64,000 nt of DNA from assembly GCA_963724295.1 (NCBI GenBank), contig CAVRUC010000002.1, forward strand, positions 160,001 to 224,000, given 5' to 3'. Origin of the DNA: an uncultured Chloroflexia bacterium. GTDB taxonomy: Bacteria > Chloroflexota > Chloroflexia > Thermomicrobiales > UBA6265. Within the stretch, counting starts at the first letter, position 1. Every line of letters starts with the position of its first letter. The notes under the pieces are model-generated. The model did not search any database. It was not told the DNA's origin and saw only the letters and a list, made by a program, of their open reading frames with translations. The translations under genes and the position numbers were made by a program. Below, piece after piece: positions 39,749 through 49,058 of this stretch.

Positions 39749-40611
39749 TGGTGAGTATGGAGCCGGTCATCGAACGAGGAGGGACACGAGTCGCGACCGC
39801 CGAGCCGCGGTCACGGCTCGTGTCGCCACGCGCCCGCCTCCCGATCAGTGGCATCGGCGCGGTGCGGGCGCTCATCGTCCCGCTCCTCATCCTGGCACTG
39901 TGGCAGTTGGCGGTGGACCGGGAATTCTATTCGCGCGGTCAGCTTCCGGCGCCGCTCGACGTCATCGCCGCCGGGCGCGAGCTGCAGGATATCGGCCTCC
40001 TCGTCCCCAACGTGCTGGCCAGCGTGCAGCGGGTGAGTATCGGCTGGGGCGTCGGCGCCGCGGTTGCCATCGTCCTTGGGCTCGCGGTCGGGTTCTCACG
40101 GCCGGTGGAGAGCCTGCTGAACCCGACGCTCAATGCGCTGCGAGCGGTGCCGTCGCTGGCCTGGGTGCCGCTGTTCGTGCTCTGGCTCGGCATCGGCGAA
40201 ACGCCAAAGCTGACCCTGATCGCCCTTGGGGCGTTCTTCCCGGTGTACACCAACCTCGTCTCCGGGATCCGCCAGATCGACCGCAAGCTGATCGAGGTCG
40301 GGCACGCCTACGGATTGCGTGGCTGGAATCTAATGCGTGAGATCTTGCTGCCGGCGGCGTTCCCATCGCTTGCAACCGGGCTGCGCATGGGTCTGGCCCA
40401 GGCCTGGCTCTTCTTGGTGGCCGCCGAGCTGATCGCGGCCTCCCGGGGACTCGGTTTCCTGCTCATCGACGGTCAGAACAGCGGCCGGGCTGACATCATT
40501 CTGTTGAGCATCCTGCTCCTGGCATTGCTCGGAAAAGGAACCGACTGGCTCCTGGCCCGCGGCGAGCGAAGGCTTCTCCGCTGGAGCGACACGTTCCGGG
40601 GAACGGCGTAG
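39748..40611 (+). CDS. ssuC: Sulfonate-type ABC transporter permease
   Basis: PSLAWVPLFVLWLGIGE, FFPVY, LVAAELIAASRGLG. Confidence 0.9.
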   Translation: MVSMEPVIERGGTRVATAEPRSRLVSPRARLPISGIGAVRALIVPLLILALWQLAVDREFYSRGQLPAPLDVIAAGRELQDIGLLVPNVLASVQRVSIGWGVGAAVAIVLGLAVGFSRPVESLLNPTLNALRAVPSLAWVPLFVLWLGIGETPKLTLIALGAFFPVYTNLVSGIRQIDRKLIEVGHAYGLRGWNLMREILLPAAFPSLATGLRMGLAQAWLFLVAAELIAASRGLGFLLIDGQNSGRADIILLSILLLALLGKGTDWLLARGERRLLRWSDTFRGTA

Positions 40612-40692
40612 CGAGGGGGTGCCGGCTTCGCCTCAGGGGGAGAAGGGGGTCGCTTCGCTCAAGGGTGACGAGGGGGAGAGGACGACGGGTCT

Positions 40693-40802
40693 TTTCGACT
40701 CTTCGACTGCCCGACTTCTCGACTACGCTCGTCCTTGCCGTCTTGCCGTCTTGCCGTCTTCCTCGACTTACCGACTTACCAACTCACGACTTCCTGACTT
40801 AC
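40693..40802. repeat. 8-mer arrays (TTCGACTC / TTGCCGTC / TTACCGAC)
   Basis: Directly visible in the intergenic spacer. Confidence 0.8.
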
Positions 40803-40816
40803 GCCGGAGGCACCAC

Positions 40817-41641
40817 GTGCGCTACGGAATCATCCTCACCGCGGGCGACATCCACGAGATGGTCGCGATGGCCGCGGAAGCGGAAGGCGCCGGTTGGGAC
40901 GGGGTCTTCTACTGGGATGCGATTGCCATCCCGGGCGCCGATCCGATCTATGACCCGTGGGTGACAATGGCCGCTATCGCCATGCGCACCGAGCGGGTCC
41001 GTTTTGGGGCCATCATCACCCCGCCCTCCCGGCGGCGCCCCTGGAAGCTCGCGCGCGAGACGATGACGCTCGACCATCTCTCCGGCGGCCGGGTCGTCCT
41101 CCCCGTGGGGCTGGGCGCGCTGGACGACCCCGGCTTCGGCGGAGTGGGTGAGGCGACCGATCGCCGCGTTCGGGCCGAGCTGCTCGACGAAAGCCTGGAG
41201 ATTCTGACCCGCGCCTGGAGTGGTGCGCCATTCACGTACGAGGGGAAGCACTACCAGACGGCGGAGATGACCTTCCGCCCCCCGTCGGTGCAGCAGCCGC
41301 GCATTCCGATCTGGGTGGTTGCCATCTGGCCTCGCCCCAAGAGCATCGACCGCGCCTTCCGCTACGACGGCATCATGCCGTCTGTCGGCCCTCCTCCCAA
41401 CGGATCGCCATCAGCTGACGATATCCGGACCATCGCTGCGGCGGCGCGCGAGCACAAGGGCAAAGGCGAGCCCTTCGACATCATCGTTGAAGGCACGACC
41501 CCCGCCAGTGAACCGCAGGCCGCGCGAGAGCGTGTGCTCCCGCTCGCGGAAGCGGGCGCCACCTGGTGGATCGAGTCTCCCTGGGATGCTCCTTCGGTGA
41601 CCAGACTGCGCCAACGAATTGCCGCGGGACCACCGCGGTGA
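40817..41641 (+). CDS. Luciferase-like (LLM) flavin/F420-dependent oxidoreductase
   Basis: AEGAGWDGVFYWD, DPWVTMAAIAMRTERVRFG, TLDHLSGGR, QQPRIPIWV; GGAGG RBS before GTG 40817. Confidence 0.92.
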   Translation: MRYGIILTAGDIHEMVAMAAEAEGAGWDGVFYWDAIAIPGADPIYDPWVTMAAIAMRTERVRFGAIITPPSRRRPWKLARETMTLDHLSGGRVVLPVGLGALDDPGFGGVGEATDRRVRAELLDESLEILTRAWSGAPFTYEGKHYQTAEMTFRPPSVQQPRIPIWVVAIWPRPKSIDRAFRYDGIMPSVGPPPNGSPSADDIRTIAAAAREHKGKGEPFDIIVEGTTPASEPQAARERVLPLAEAGATWWIESPWDAPSVTRLRQRIAAGPPR

Positions 41642-41810
41642 GGGTGATTGCTCCCTGCGGTCGCGGTGATTGTTCGCTGCGCTCACGGTGATGGGTGATA
41701 GGGTGATTACTCGCTGCGCTCGTGGTGGCAGGGTGGCGGGGAGTCGTTCTCCCTACCACCCTGCCACCCTGCGACCCCGCCACCGTCGTACCACCCGTCA
41801 CCCTCGTAGG
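41641..41810. repeat. GGGTG(A/G)-rich tandem/inverted repeat with TCGCTGCGCTC hairpins
   Basis: About 40 bp shared in inverted orientation with 43336-43386. Confidence 0.75.
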
Positions 41811-41821
41811 AGTCGTAACGC

Positions 41822-42334
41822 ATGACTGACGCCCCACGCGGTCACCCGATACTGGCCGACCTGTTCCGCCACAACCTGTGGGCGAATCTGACCCTGATCG
41901 ATCTTTGCACGACGCTGCCGGATGAGATCCTGAAGACGAACGTGCCCGGCACCTACGGCGGCATCCGCGACACGCTGAACCACATGGTCGGCGCTGAAGA
42001 GCGCTACCTGACGGCGCTCGTCGCGGGACCGGAGCGACGCAATCCCACGCTGGAAGAAACCGCTCCGGACCTGGCCACGGTGCGTGAGCATGCTCGTCAA
42101 TCTGGCGAGGGATTCATCGCCTATGCCGAGACGGTCGAGGGCAATCCAACCTTACACGTGACCTGGCGCGGTCAATCGTATGAAATGCCGGCCGCGCTCT
42201 TCCTGGTGCAGGCCGTCAACCACGCCACCGAACACCGTACCCAGATCAAGACTGCACTGACGCAGGCCGGCATCACCCCGCCTGAGCTCGATGGCTGGAC
42301 CTGGGATAACGCTCGCCGAGGAGAGACCCGTTAG
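41822..42334 (+). CDS. DinB family protein
   Basis: HNLWAN, IRDTLNHMVGAE, NHATEHRTQ (three-His pattern). Confidence 0.92.
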   Translation: MTDAPRGHPILADLFRHNLWANLTLIDLCTTLPDEILKTNVPGTYGGIRDTLNHMVGAEERYLTALVAGPERRNPTLEETAPDLATVREHARQSGEGFIAYAETVEGNPTLHVTWRGQSYEMPAALFLVQAVNHATEHRTQIKTALTQAGITPPELDGWTWDNARRGETR

Positions 42335-42489
42335 GGACAACCGCACCAGGAGCACTCTCTCGCGCCTCTATTCTCGGCTGCACCCGATACTCGCGCCCAC
42401 GCCTGCCCGATCATTGGCGTACCTGACCAGCCGCGTTACGACGAGGCGTTTCATACTGTGTCTGCGCTAAAGCTGAGGAGGGTCTGTTC

Positions 42490-43287
42490 GTGGGTTATCG
42501 AGTTCGTCTGTTCGTTCTGCTGGTCGCTATCGTCCTGCTTGCTCCGATGGTCGTTACCGCGCAAGAGGCCAGCCCGGTTTCGGCAAACGCTTCTACGTTT
42601 GGATACCGGGTCGTAGCCGAGTACCCGCACGACCGCCGCGCCTTCACTCAAGGTCTCGTCTACCTCGATGGGGTGCTGTACGAGGGAACCGGGTTGAACG
42701 GACAGTCGACGTTGCGCCGGGTCGACCTGGAAACCGGTGAGGTTCTGCAGGCGGTTGGACTGAGCGAGGAGTATTTCGGTGAGGGGATCGCCGTCCTCGG
42801 TGAACGCATCTACCAGCTCACCTGGAAGAATGGCGTCTGCGTCGTCTTCGACCGCGAGACATTCGAGCTCCAGGAGGCCTTTACCTATGAGACAGAAGGC
42901 TGGGGGCTGACGACCGATGGCGAGCAGCTGATCATGAGCGACGGCACCAACCGTTTGTTCATCCGGGACCCGGAGACGTTCTCGGAGCTCGACACTATCG
43001 ACGTCTATGACGGCGTGCGAGCGATCTGGAACCTCAACGAGCTCGAGGTCGTCGACGGCGAGATCTGGGCCAATGTCTGGCAGACTGACCTCATCGCGCG
43101 CATCGATCCCGAGACAGGACAGGTCACCGGTTGGATCGACCTGACCGGCCTGCTTTCAGAGACGGAGCGGGAGAAACGCCCGGTCGACGTCCTCAACGGC
43201 ATCGCCTACGACCCGGAGACCGATCGCCTCTTCGTCACGGGCAAGCTGTGGCCCAAGCTTTTCGAGATCGAAGTGGTCCCGCGTTGA
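42490..43287 (+). CDS. Glutaminyl-peptide cyclotransferase (QC, beta-propeller type), exported
   Basis: YPHD..AFTQGL, YFGEGI, YQLTW, EGWGLT, MSDG, LNELE, VLNGIAYD, TGKLWP. Confidence 0.95.
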   Translation: MGYRVRLFVLLVAIVLLAPMVVTAQEASPVSANASTFGYRVVAEYPHDRRAFTQGLVYLDGVLYEGTGLNGQSTLRRVDLETGEVLQAVGLSEEYFGEGIAVLGERIYQLTWKNGVCVVFDRETFELQEAFTYETEGWGLTTDGEQLIMSDGTNRLFIRDPETFSELDTIDVYDGVRAIWNLNELEVVDGEIWANVWQTDLIARIDPETGQVTGWIDLTGLLSETEREKRPVDVLNGIAYDPETDRLFVTGKLWPKLFEIEVVPR

Positions 43288-43400
43288 ACGGGGTGACGGG
43301 GTCACTGGGTAGCAGGGTGACAGGGAGATCGATGACCCCGCCGCCCTGCCACCCTAGCCACCACGAGCGGAGCGAGTAATCACCCCAACACCCACAACGT
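43288..43400. repeat. GGGTGA-rich repeat, inverted partner of 41701-41741
   Basis: ccaccacgagcggagcgagtaatcaccc is the reverse complement of gggtgattactcgct.cgctcgtggtgg. Confidence 0.75.
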
Positions 43401-43414
43401 GCCGTCTCGGCCGG

Positions 43415-44491
43415 CTACCGCCGCTGCGTGACCCGCGGCTCCCAGGCCGCGAAGCGCTCCTCGATCTCCTCGGTGGGTGGCACCGCGTCAGGTCCCACCC
43501 CGCGTAGACTGAGCGCGGCGACGAGATTCGCGTAGCGACCGGCGGTCACGGGCGAGATCGTACGATCGGCGGCTTTGAGGAAGAATGCGGCGGCGAAGAC
43601 ATCTCCGGCGCCGGTGAGGTCGATCGTCTTCACCGGATAGCCAGGCAGCTCCGCGCGCTGCCCGGCGTAGAGAAGCTTGCAGCCATTCGGTCCCAGGGTC
43701 ACGACACCGATCCGTCGCGCCCCGACCCATTCCACGGTCGACCGTGCCTGCGCGATCTCTTCGTCGGAGACCACGATGGTATCGGTCCGGGCCAGCAACT
43801 CTGGCGGCAGCCGCAACTGCATGTGATGCACCCGCCCGCCTCGCTCCATCGGCCACTCCCGCATCCATCCCTGCGGCGTGATCCCCAGGAAACCGGGGAC
43901 GAGTGACAGGGCCTGATGGGGGTCGATCTCCCGTGCCACCGGGCCGAGGTGGATCACCCTGGCATTCGCCCAGTGGGGCGGCAGGCCGCGGAGATCGATC
44001 GCTCCGGCCCATTTGCGGATCGTCTGCGTACGCCTGCTGCCGAGATACTCGTTGACGAAAAACGTCGGCGTGTCGGCGCCCTGAGTGATGATCGTCAGCT
44101 GGTCCGAGAATGGTTCCAGGGACGGCACGTCGATGCCATCGATGCGCTCGCCGTAGCGGCCCCTGGTGAGAACCCCAACCCGTGCCCCGAGCCGCGCCGC
44201 GGTCAGCGCGGAATAGAGCGCGGTTCCGCCGAGGACGCCGCGACCATCTGGCTGGATATCGCAGACGATCTGTCCGATGACCAGATAGTCCGGCGCCCGC
44301 TCGGATTGCATCCCCTTGAGTGGGCGGCTCGGGCTGAGCGATTGCCGCTTGCGGCCGCGCCTGTCGCCGCCGCGCGTGATCCGTGGCGGCAGCGACGGAT
44401 CTCGCGGCTTCTTCGCCTTGCCGCGAGTCTGCTCCCGGTCCGGTTTTGCTGAAGGATCGTCGCTCGACGTCGGTCCGGCCGCCTCAGGCAC
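43415..44491 (-). CDS. PfkB family carbohydrate kinase
   Basis: LGGTALY, VVTLGPNG, DLTGAGDVFAAAF; overlaps the jag stop by 8 bp. Confidence 0.9.
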   Translation of the reverse strand: MPEAAGPTSSDDPSAKPDREQTRGKAKKPRDPSLPPRITRGGDRRGRKRQSLSPSRPLKGMQSERAPDYLVIGQIVCDIQPDGRGVLGGTALYSALTAARLGARVGVLTRGRYGERIDGIDVPSLEPFSDQLTIITQGADTPTFFVNEYLGSRRTQTIRKWAGAIDLRGLPPHWANARVIHLGPVAREIDPHQALSLVPGFLGITPQGWMREWPMERGGRVHHMQLRLPPELLARTDTIVVSDEEIAQARSTVEWVGARRIGVVTLGPNGCKLLYAGQRAELPGYPVKTIDLTGAGDVFAAAFFLKAADRTISPVTAGRYANLVAALSLRGVGPDAVPPTEEIEERFAAWEPRVTQRR

Positions 44492-45347
44492 GCGGCTGCA
44501 CCGTGACCCGGCGCATATTCCCTTCGCCGCTGCTCTCGGTCGTCACGTCCGGATTGCTGCGCAGCGTGAGATGAACGATCCGGCGCTCGTTGGGCGGCAT
44601 CGGCTCCAGGATGATGGGCCGCCGTGAGCGTGCCACCTGCCGTCCGATCCGCTCGGCCAGCCCGATGAGTGACTCTTCGCGCCGGGTACGGTAACCCTCG
44701 ACGTCGACCACCACGCGGGTCCAGTTCTCCAGGCGGCGGTTGGCAATGAGGTTGACCAGGTACTGCAGCTGGGAGAGATGATCGCCGCGACGGCCGATGA
44801 GCATGCCCAGGTCTTGCCCCAGGATCTCGATGAAGATCGTCGGTGGATCTTCCGGGTCGAGGGCCATCGTCGACGGATTGTCGACGGCCACCACGTCGGC
44901 CGCGATCCCCATCTGGGCGAGCAATTCGCGCACGATCTCCTTGGCGACTTTCTCCTCGGCTTCGTCGACCCGGTCGACGTCGCGCGCGCGCTCGGTCACT
45001 TGCGGTCGAGGCCGTTCGCGGGGCGGCGCTCCACGGGATGACGGCCGGTCGCCTGGAACGCGCCGCACCCCCGGCTGGCGCCGCTCTCTCACCGGCGCCT
45101 GGCCATGACCCGCGGCCCGTGAGCCACTTGTCTGGGCGGCACGAGTCCCGCGCGGGATCGGTTGCGAGGCCATGCCCTTGGCGGTCACCCGGACGAGCGC
45201 CTCATCGCCTTCCTCTGGTCCCGCGTCGGAAAGGATCTCGATGTCGACGTCTTGCTCGCCGAGCTCCAACTGTTCCAGCGCCAGGCGAACCGCCTCATCC
45301 ACGGAGTAAGCCTGGATTTCGACGCTGGTCATTCTCCGCTGATCCAT
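44484..45347 (-). CDS. jag: Jag/EloR/KhpB RNA-binding protein (Jag_N-KH-R3H)
   Basis: SVDEAVRLAL, GMLIGRRG..L..LQYL, DVEGYR.RREE, ERRIVH, TESSGEG..RRV. Confidence 0.95.
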   Translation of the reverse strand: MDQRRMTSVEIQAYSVDEAVRLALEQLELGEQDVDIEILSDAGPEEGDEALVRVTAKGMASQPIPRGTRAAQTSGSRAAGHGQAPVRERRQPGVRRVPGDRPSSRGAPPRERPRPQVTERARDVDRVDEAEEKVAKEIVRELLAQMGIAADVVAVDNPSTMALDPEDPPTIFIEILGQDLGMLIGRRGDHLSQLQYLVNLIANRRLENWTRVVVDVEGYRTRREESLIGLAERIGRQVARSRRPIILEPMPPNERRIVHLTLRSNPDVTTESSGEGNMRRVTVQPRA

Positions 45348-45433
45348 CGGTTATCCCCGCACGGTGAGCGGCCGGTACGACGGCAGATTGCCCACCCGTG
45401 TGGGCCAGTCCAGCCGGCGGCTCGCTCCCCCGA

Positions 45434-46570
45434 TCACTCCCCGCTGTTCTCCTGTGAAACCGGCTTGGCTTTGCGCGGCACGATCACCGCGCCGGCCGGA
45501 GCACTCACCGTAGCGCCATTGTCGCGGCCCTGGGTGCGGGCGGCGCCAGTGGTGGGGGTGGACGCGGTGCCCTTTCCGCCCCCCTTCCGCTTACCGTTTC
45601 GAGACCGGGTACGGGCGGAACCATTTCCGGACGCCTTGGCAACCGGGGCCGCGTCAACCTCGATGGCGTCGGTCTTCCCGTCCCCGCCGGTGGTCGTGGC
45701 GCCGGTTGCGGGAGTCCCTCCGGAACGCTCCAGGGCCTGCTTCTGCGCTTCGTCCATCTTGCGCTGCAGCCAGCCCATCGGCCCGGGTGCGAGGACCGGC
45801 TGGCCATCGCCACTGACGACCACTACCGAGTCCAGGTCGCGCGGGGGCCGGTAGCCGAGACGCCGGTGCTCCGGCAACTCAGGCAGGAACGGCGCCCATT
45901 TGATGAAGTTACCCCAGCCGGTGATGAACCACTGTTGGACCACGCTGTAGACGCTCTGTGTCGCCCAGTAGAGGACCGGACCGGCGGCGAAGCTCCAGCC
46001 GAAGAAGACAACGGTGAGCGGCATGATATTCATGACCGAGTTCATCATCGCCTGTTGCGGATCGGTCGATTTCGGCTGGTTGGCCGGCCGCATCATCTGC
46101 GTCTGCACGAACTGGAACAGTCCGGCCACAATCGGCAGGATGTGCAATGGATCGGGGGTGGCCAGACTGGGCAACCACCAGAAGCTCTCGTCCCAGAGTC
46201 CGGCGCCGGAGGTCGAAAGATTCATGATGGCGTTGTAGAGACCGAGGAAGATCGGAATCTGGATCAGCATCGGTAGACAGCCGGCCATCGGGTTGACGCG
46301 GTATTGCTGGTAGAGCGCCATCGTCTCCTGGGAGATGCGCTGGCGATCGTTGCCGTGCTTTTTCTGGAGCTCCTTGATCTTCGGCTGCAGCTCCTGCATC
46401 GCTTTGGAGGATTGCAGCGCCTTCACCGTCAGCGGCAACATCAATGTCTTGACGATGATGGTGAAGGCGATGATGCCGAGTCCCGCGCTGGAGAACATCG
46501 TGCTCAGACTGTCCAACACACTCACGAGGAAATCGACGTATTGGTTCCAGATCGGGATGTTGACATCCAT
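45434..46570 (-). CDS. yidC: Membrane protein insertase YidC
   Basis: GIIAFTIIVK...PL, MQELQPKIKELQKK, NPMAGCLPMLIQIPIF, LYW; GGAG RBS before ATG 46570. Confidence 0.95.
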   Translation of the reverse strand: MDVNIPIWNQYVDFLVSVLDSLSTMFSSAGLGIIAFTIIVKTLMLPLTVKALQSSKAMQELQPKIKELQKKHGNDRQRISQETMALYQQYRVNPMAGCLPMLIQIPIFLGLYNAIMNLSTSGAGLWDESFWWLPSLATPDPLHILPIVAGLFQFVQTQMMRPANQPKSTDPQQAMMNSVMNIMPLTVVFFGWSFAAGPVLYWATQSVYSVVQQWFITGWGNFIKWAPFLPELPEHRRLGYRPPRDLDSVVVVSGDGQPVLAPGPMGWLQRKMDEAQKQALERSGGTPATGATTTGGDGKTDAIEVDAAPVAKASGNGSARTRSRNGKRKGGGKGTASTPTTGAARTQGRDNGATVSAPAGAVIVPRKAKPVSQENSGE

Positions 46571-46704
46571 CGTACGGTTCGTGTCTCCTCCCGCACTGGG
46601 CGGGGTCGCAATGGGCACGTGCACGTGCACTTGCAGGTGTGTGGTCGCGGGTTGTCGCGGCCCGCGTCGGCGTCATCGAAACGCGGCTGCCGCGCGGTAT
46701 ATGG

Positions 46705-47004
46705 TTACGGCACAGGATCGTATCCGCGACCGCCGAACGGATTGCAGCGCAGGATACGCCAGATAGCGAGACGGCCGCCGGCAAGGATACCGTACCGCGC
46801 CACGGCCTCGTAGCCATACTCCGAGCAGCTGGGGACGAAACGGCAGGCGGGCGGCAGAAGCGGCGAGATCGCCTTTCGGTACAGCGCGATGATCAGCAGC
46901 GCCAGCCACGCTGCCGGGCTCGGTGCGCTTTGTGGCAGCAGCGGCGATGAGCCATAGTCGACCGCGCCATGCGATTGGTCATCGACTTCAGGTGAGTGGC
47001 TCAA
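46705..47004 (-). CDS. yidD: Membrane protein insertion efficiency factor YidD
   Basis: [32 protein letters not shown]. Confidence 0.95.
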   Translation of the reverse strand: MSHSPEVDDQSHGAVDYGSSPLLPQSAPSPAAWLALLIIALYRKAISPLLPPACRFVPSCSEYGYEAVARYGILAGGRLAIWRILRCNPFGGRGYDPVP

Positions 47005-47378
47005 GGCAATTCCTCACCCTCTCGAGCCGCTGCCGGATCCACGAGACCGGCCCGCCGTAGCATGCGCGCTAGCAGCTGCCGCGCCTCTTCCGATCCAGGA
47101 AGCTCCTCGATGGTTCCACGGATGATGACCACCAGGTCGTAGCCGGGCCGCACGGTCGGGTGCAACGCTCGCAATGCCTCGCGGGTCACCCGCTTCAGCC
47201 GGTTCCGCTGCACGGAGCCGCCACTCTTGCGGCCGGCGACGACGCCATAGCGGTTGTGCGGTGGATCGGACGGATTCGGGAGATAGCGAAGGACCAATGG
47301 GCCGTCGGAAATGGCCTTCCCGCGAGAGCGGGCCGCGCGCACGTCGCCGCCGCGCCGCAGCCGTAGTCGTCGTTCCAC
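47001..47378 (-). CDS. rnpA: Ribonuclease P protein component
   Basis: [26 protein letters not shown] (RNR motif); operon position. Confidence 0.93.
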   Translation of the reverse strand: MERRLRLRRGGDVRAARSRGKAISDGPLVLRYLPNPSDPPHNRYGVVAGRKSGGSVQRNRLKRVTREALRALHPTVRPGYDLVVIIRGTIEELPGSEEARQLLARMLRRAGLVDPAAAREGEELP

Positions 47379-47462
47379 GCCGTACGCACCGTGACCGCGA
47401 GACCGCCGCCCAGCGTCCGCCAGGGGTGGTGCCGAGCCGGCCGCCGCGGACAGGCGAACCTT

Positions 47463-47630
47463 CTAGCGATTCTGCGTGAACTTGTTCTCTTCGGCGACGG
47501 TGAGCGCATGGCGTCCCTTGCGGCGTCGCCGGGCCAGCACGGCGCGGCCACCGCGATCGGCCATGCGGGCCAGGAAGCCAAACTTGCGAATGCGCTTGAT
47601 CCGCTTGGGCTGATAAGTTCGCTTCGGCAC
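47463..47630 (-). CDS. rpmH: 50S ribosomal protein L34
   Basis: Manual translation [55 protein letters not shown] (55 aa; below the ORF-track cutoff). Confidence 0.97.
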   Translation of the reverse strand: MPKRTYQPKRIKRIRKFGFLARMADRGGRAVLARRRRKGRHALTVAEENKFTQNR

Positions 47631-47832
47631 GGCCGATCACCCTTTCCAGTTCCAGATCGCGACGAATGATGACGGACCCTGGAGTCCTTGCTCGAGCCGC
47701 GCCCCGGTCCGCGTCGCCCGATCGGGCGACCACCGCGGAAACAGCCAACGATTCCATGGACACATAACGACTGCGCACAAAAACATGTTCCGACGTTGCG
47801 GACATTGCAGACCGCCGGTTCGGAACTTACGG

Positions 47833-47862
47833 AGTATAGCGGTTCTGGCGCATCCTGGCCAA
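47833..47862 (-). promoter_or_regulatory. Candidate promoter of the rpmH operon
   Basis: Minus strand TTGGCC-N18-TATACT. Confidence 0.5.
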
Positions 47863-48052
47863 AAAGCGGCCTTCGCGGTGTCTCAAGACAGGGAATGGCC
47901 CCTCCCGCGCAACTCCGTTGCCGACCACTGGCGCAATCTCGCCAAGCTGGGCGCATCCTCCGCACATGAGCAAGATGTGAGAATCTCGTCGGGCGCGATG
48001 CGCAACGGTGGGGCGCTCCACCCTGAGTGATGACCGGAAATTCCAAGGATCG

Positions 48053-48940
48053 ATGCAGAACTCTGATCGTGTCGCCCTGGTGCTGCTCGGGGCTCTCTGG
48101 AGCGGCGGCTTTCTCTTCACCCGAATTGCAGTGCCGGCCTTTGGCCCGCTGGCGCTGGTCGATCTGCGCGTGCTGATCGCCGGTGTAGTCCTGCTCTTGT
48201 GGGTTCTCGCCCGAGGAGAGCTGCCACCCTTCTGGCGCCGCTGGCGCGAGTACCTGGTGCTCGGTGCGCTCAACGTTGCGCTCCCATTCACCCTCATCGC
48301 CTGGGCCGCGCTCACGCTCCCCGCGTCATTGGGAGCGATCCTGCTGGCGACCGTGCCGCTGTTCACCGCACCGATCGCCGCGCGCCAGTTGAACGAGCGG
48401 GTCTCTAGGCGGCAAGCCGTGGGGCTGATCGTCGGGTTCATCGGCGTTGCCATCCTCGTCGGGCTGACACCCTTGTCGCTCACCCCGGCGTTCGCGGCGG
48501 CCGTGTGTGCGCTGCTCGGGGCGGCGGCTCTCTACGCGATCGGCGGGGTCTATACCGCGCGGCGGTTTACCGGCGCTTCGCCCGTCGAGTCGACGATTGG
48601 GCAACAGTTCGGCGCCTTCGTCCTGCTCCTGCCCTTCGCGCTCGCCGCGCCACCGCGGGCGTGGCCACCGCCATCCGCGATTATTGCCTTGCTGATTCTT
48701 GCCGTGTTCAGCAGTGTGCTCGCCTACCTACTCTTTTTCCGGCTCATCTCCTCGGTGGGGGCCACTGCCACCGCCACCGTCTCCTACCTCATCCCGCTGT
48801 TCGGGATCATCTGGGCCGTCGTGGTGGCCCAGGAGCAGATTGGGTTGGAGACGCTCGTCGGCATGGTCGTCATCATGTGCGGCGTCCTGCTGGCGACGGG
48901 AATGCGTCTTTCGTTTCGTGACCGCCGGCTCGCCGCGTGA
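48053..48940 (+). CDS. EamA/DMT family transporter
   Basis: Ten TM helices; LWSGGFLF, ALPFTLIAWA, LAYLLFFRLI, VSYLIPLFG. Confidence 0.92.
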   Translation: MQNSDRVALVLLGALWSGGFLFTRIAVPAFGPLALVDLRVLIAGVVLLLWVLARGELPPFWRRWREYLVLGALNVALPFTLIAWAALTLPASLGAILLATVPLFTAPIAARQLNERVSRRQAVGLIVGFIGVAILVGLTPLSLTPAFAAAVCALLGAAALYAIGGVYTARRFTGASPVESTIGQQFGAFVLLLPFALAAPPRAWPPPSAIIALLILAVFSSVLAYLLFFRLISSVGATATATVSYLIPLFGIIWAVVVAQEQIGLETLVGMVVIMCGVLLATGMRLSFRDRRLAA

Positions 48941-49058
48941 CGACCTGTCCTGATCCGGACGCTCAGATACCGCTCTGACCAGCCACCGTGCGACAATAAC
49001 CAACTGCCCGCCCATGGCATCCAATACCCGTCAGGCGCGGTTGCCTGAGGAGGAGATC

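Noticed and set aside
47670..48050. oriC next to rpmH
   Set aside because: No DnaA boxes, no AT-rich unwinding element and no dnaA seen.
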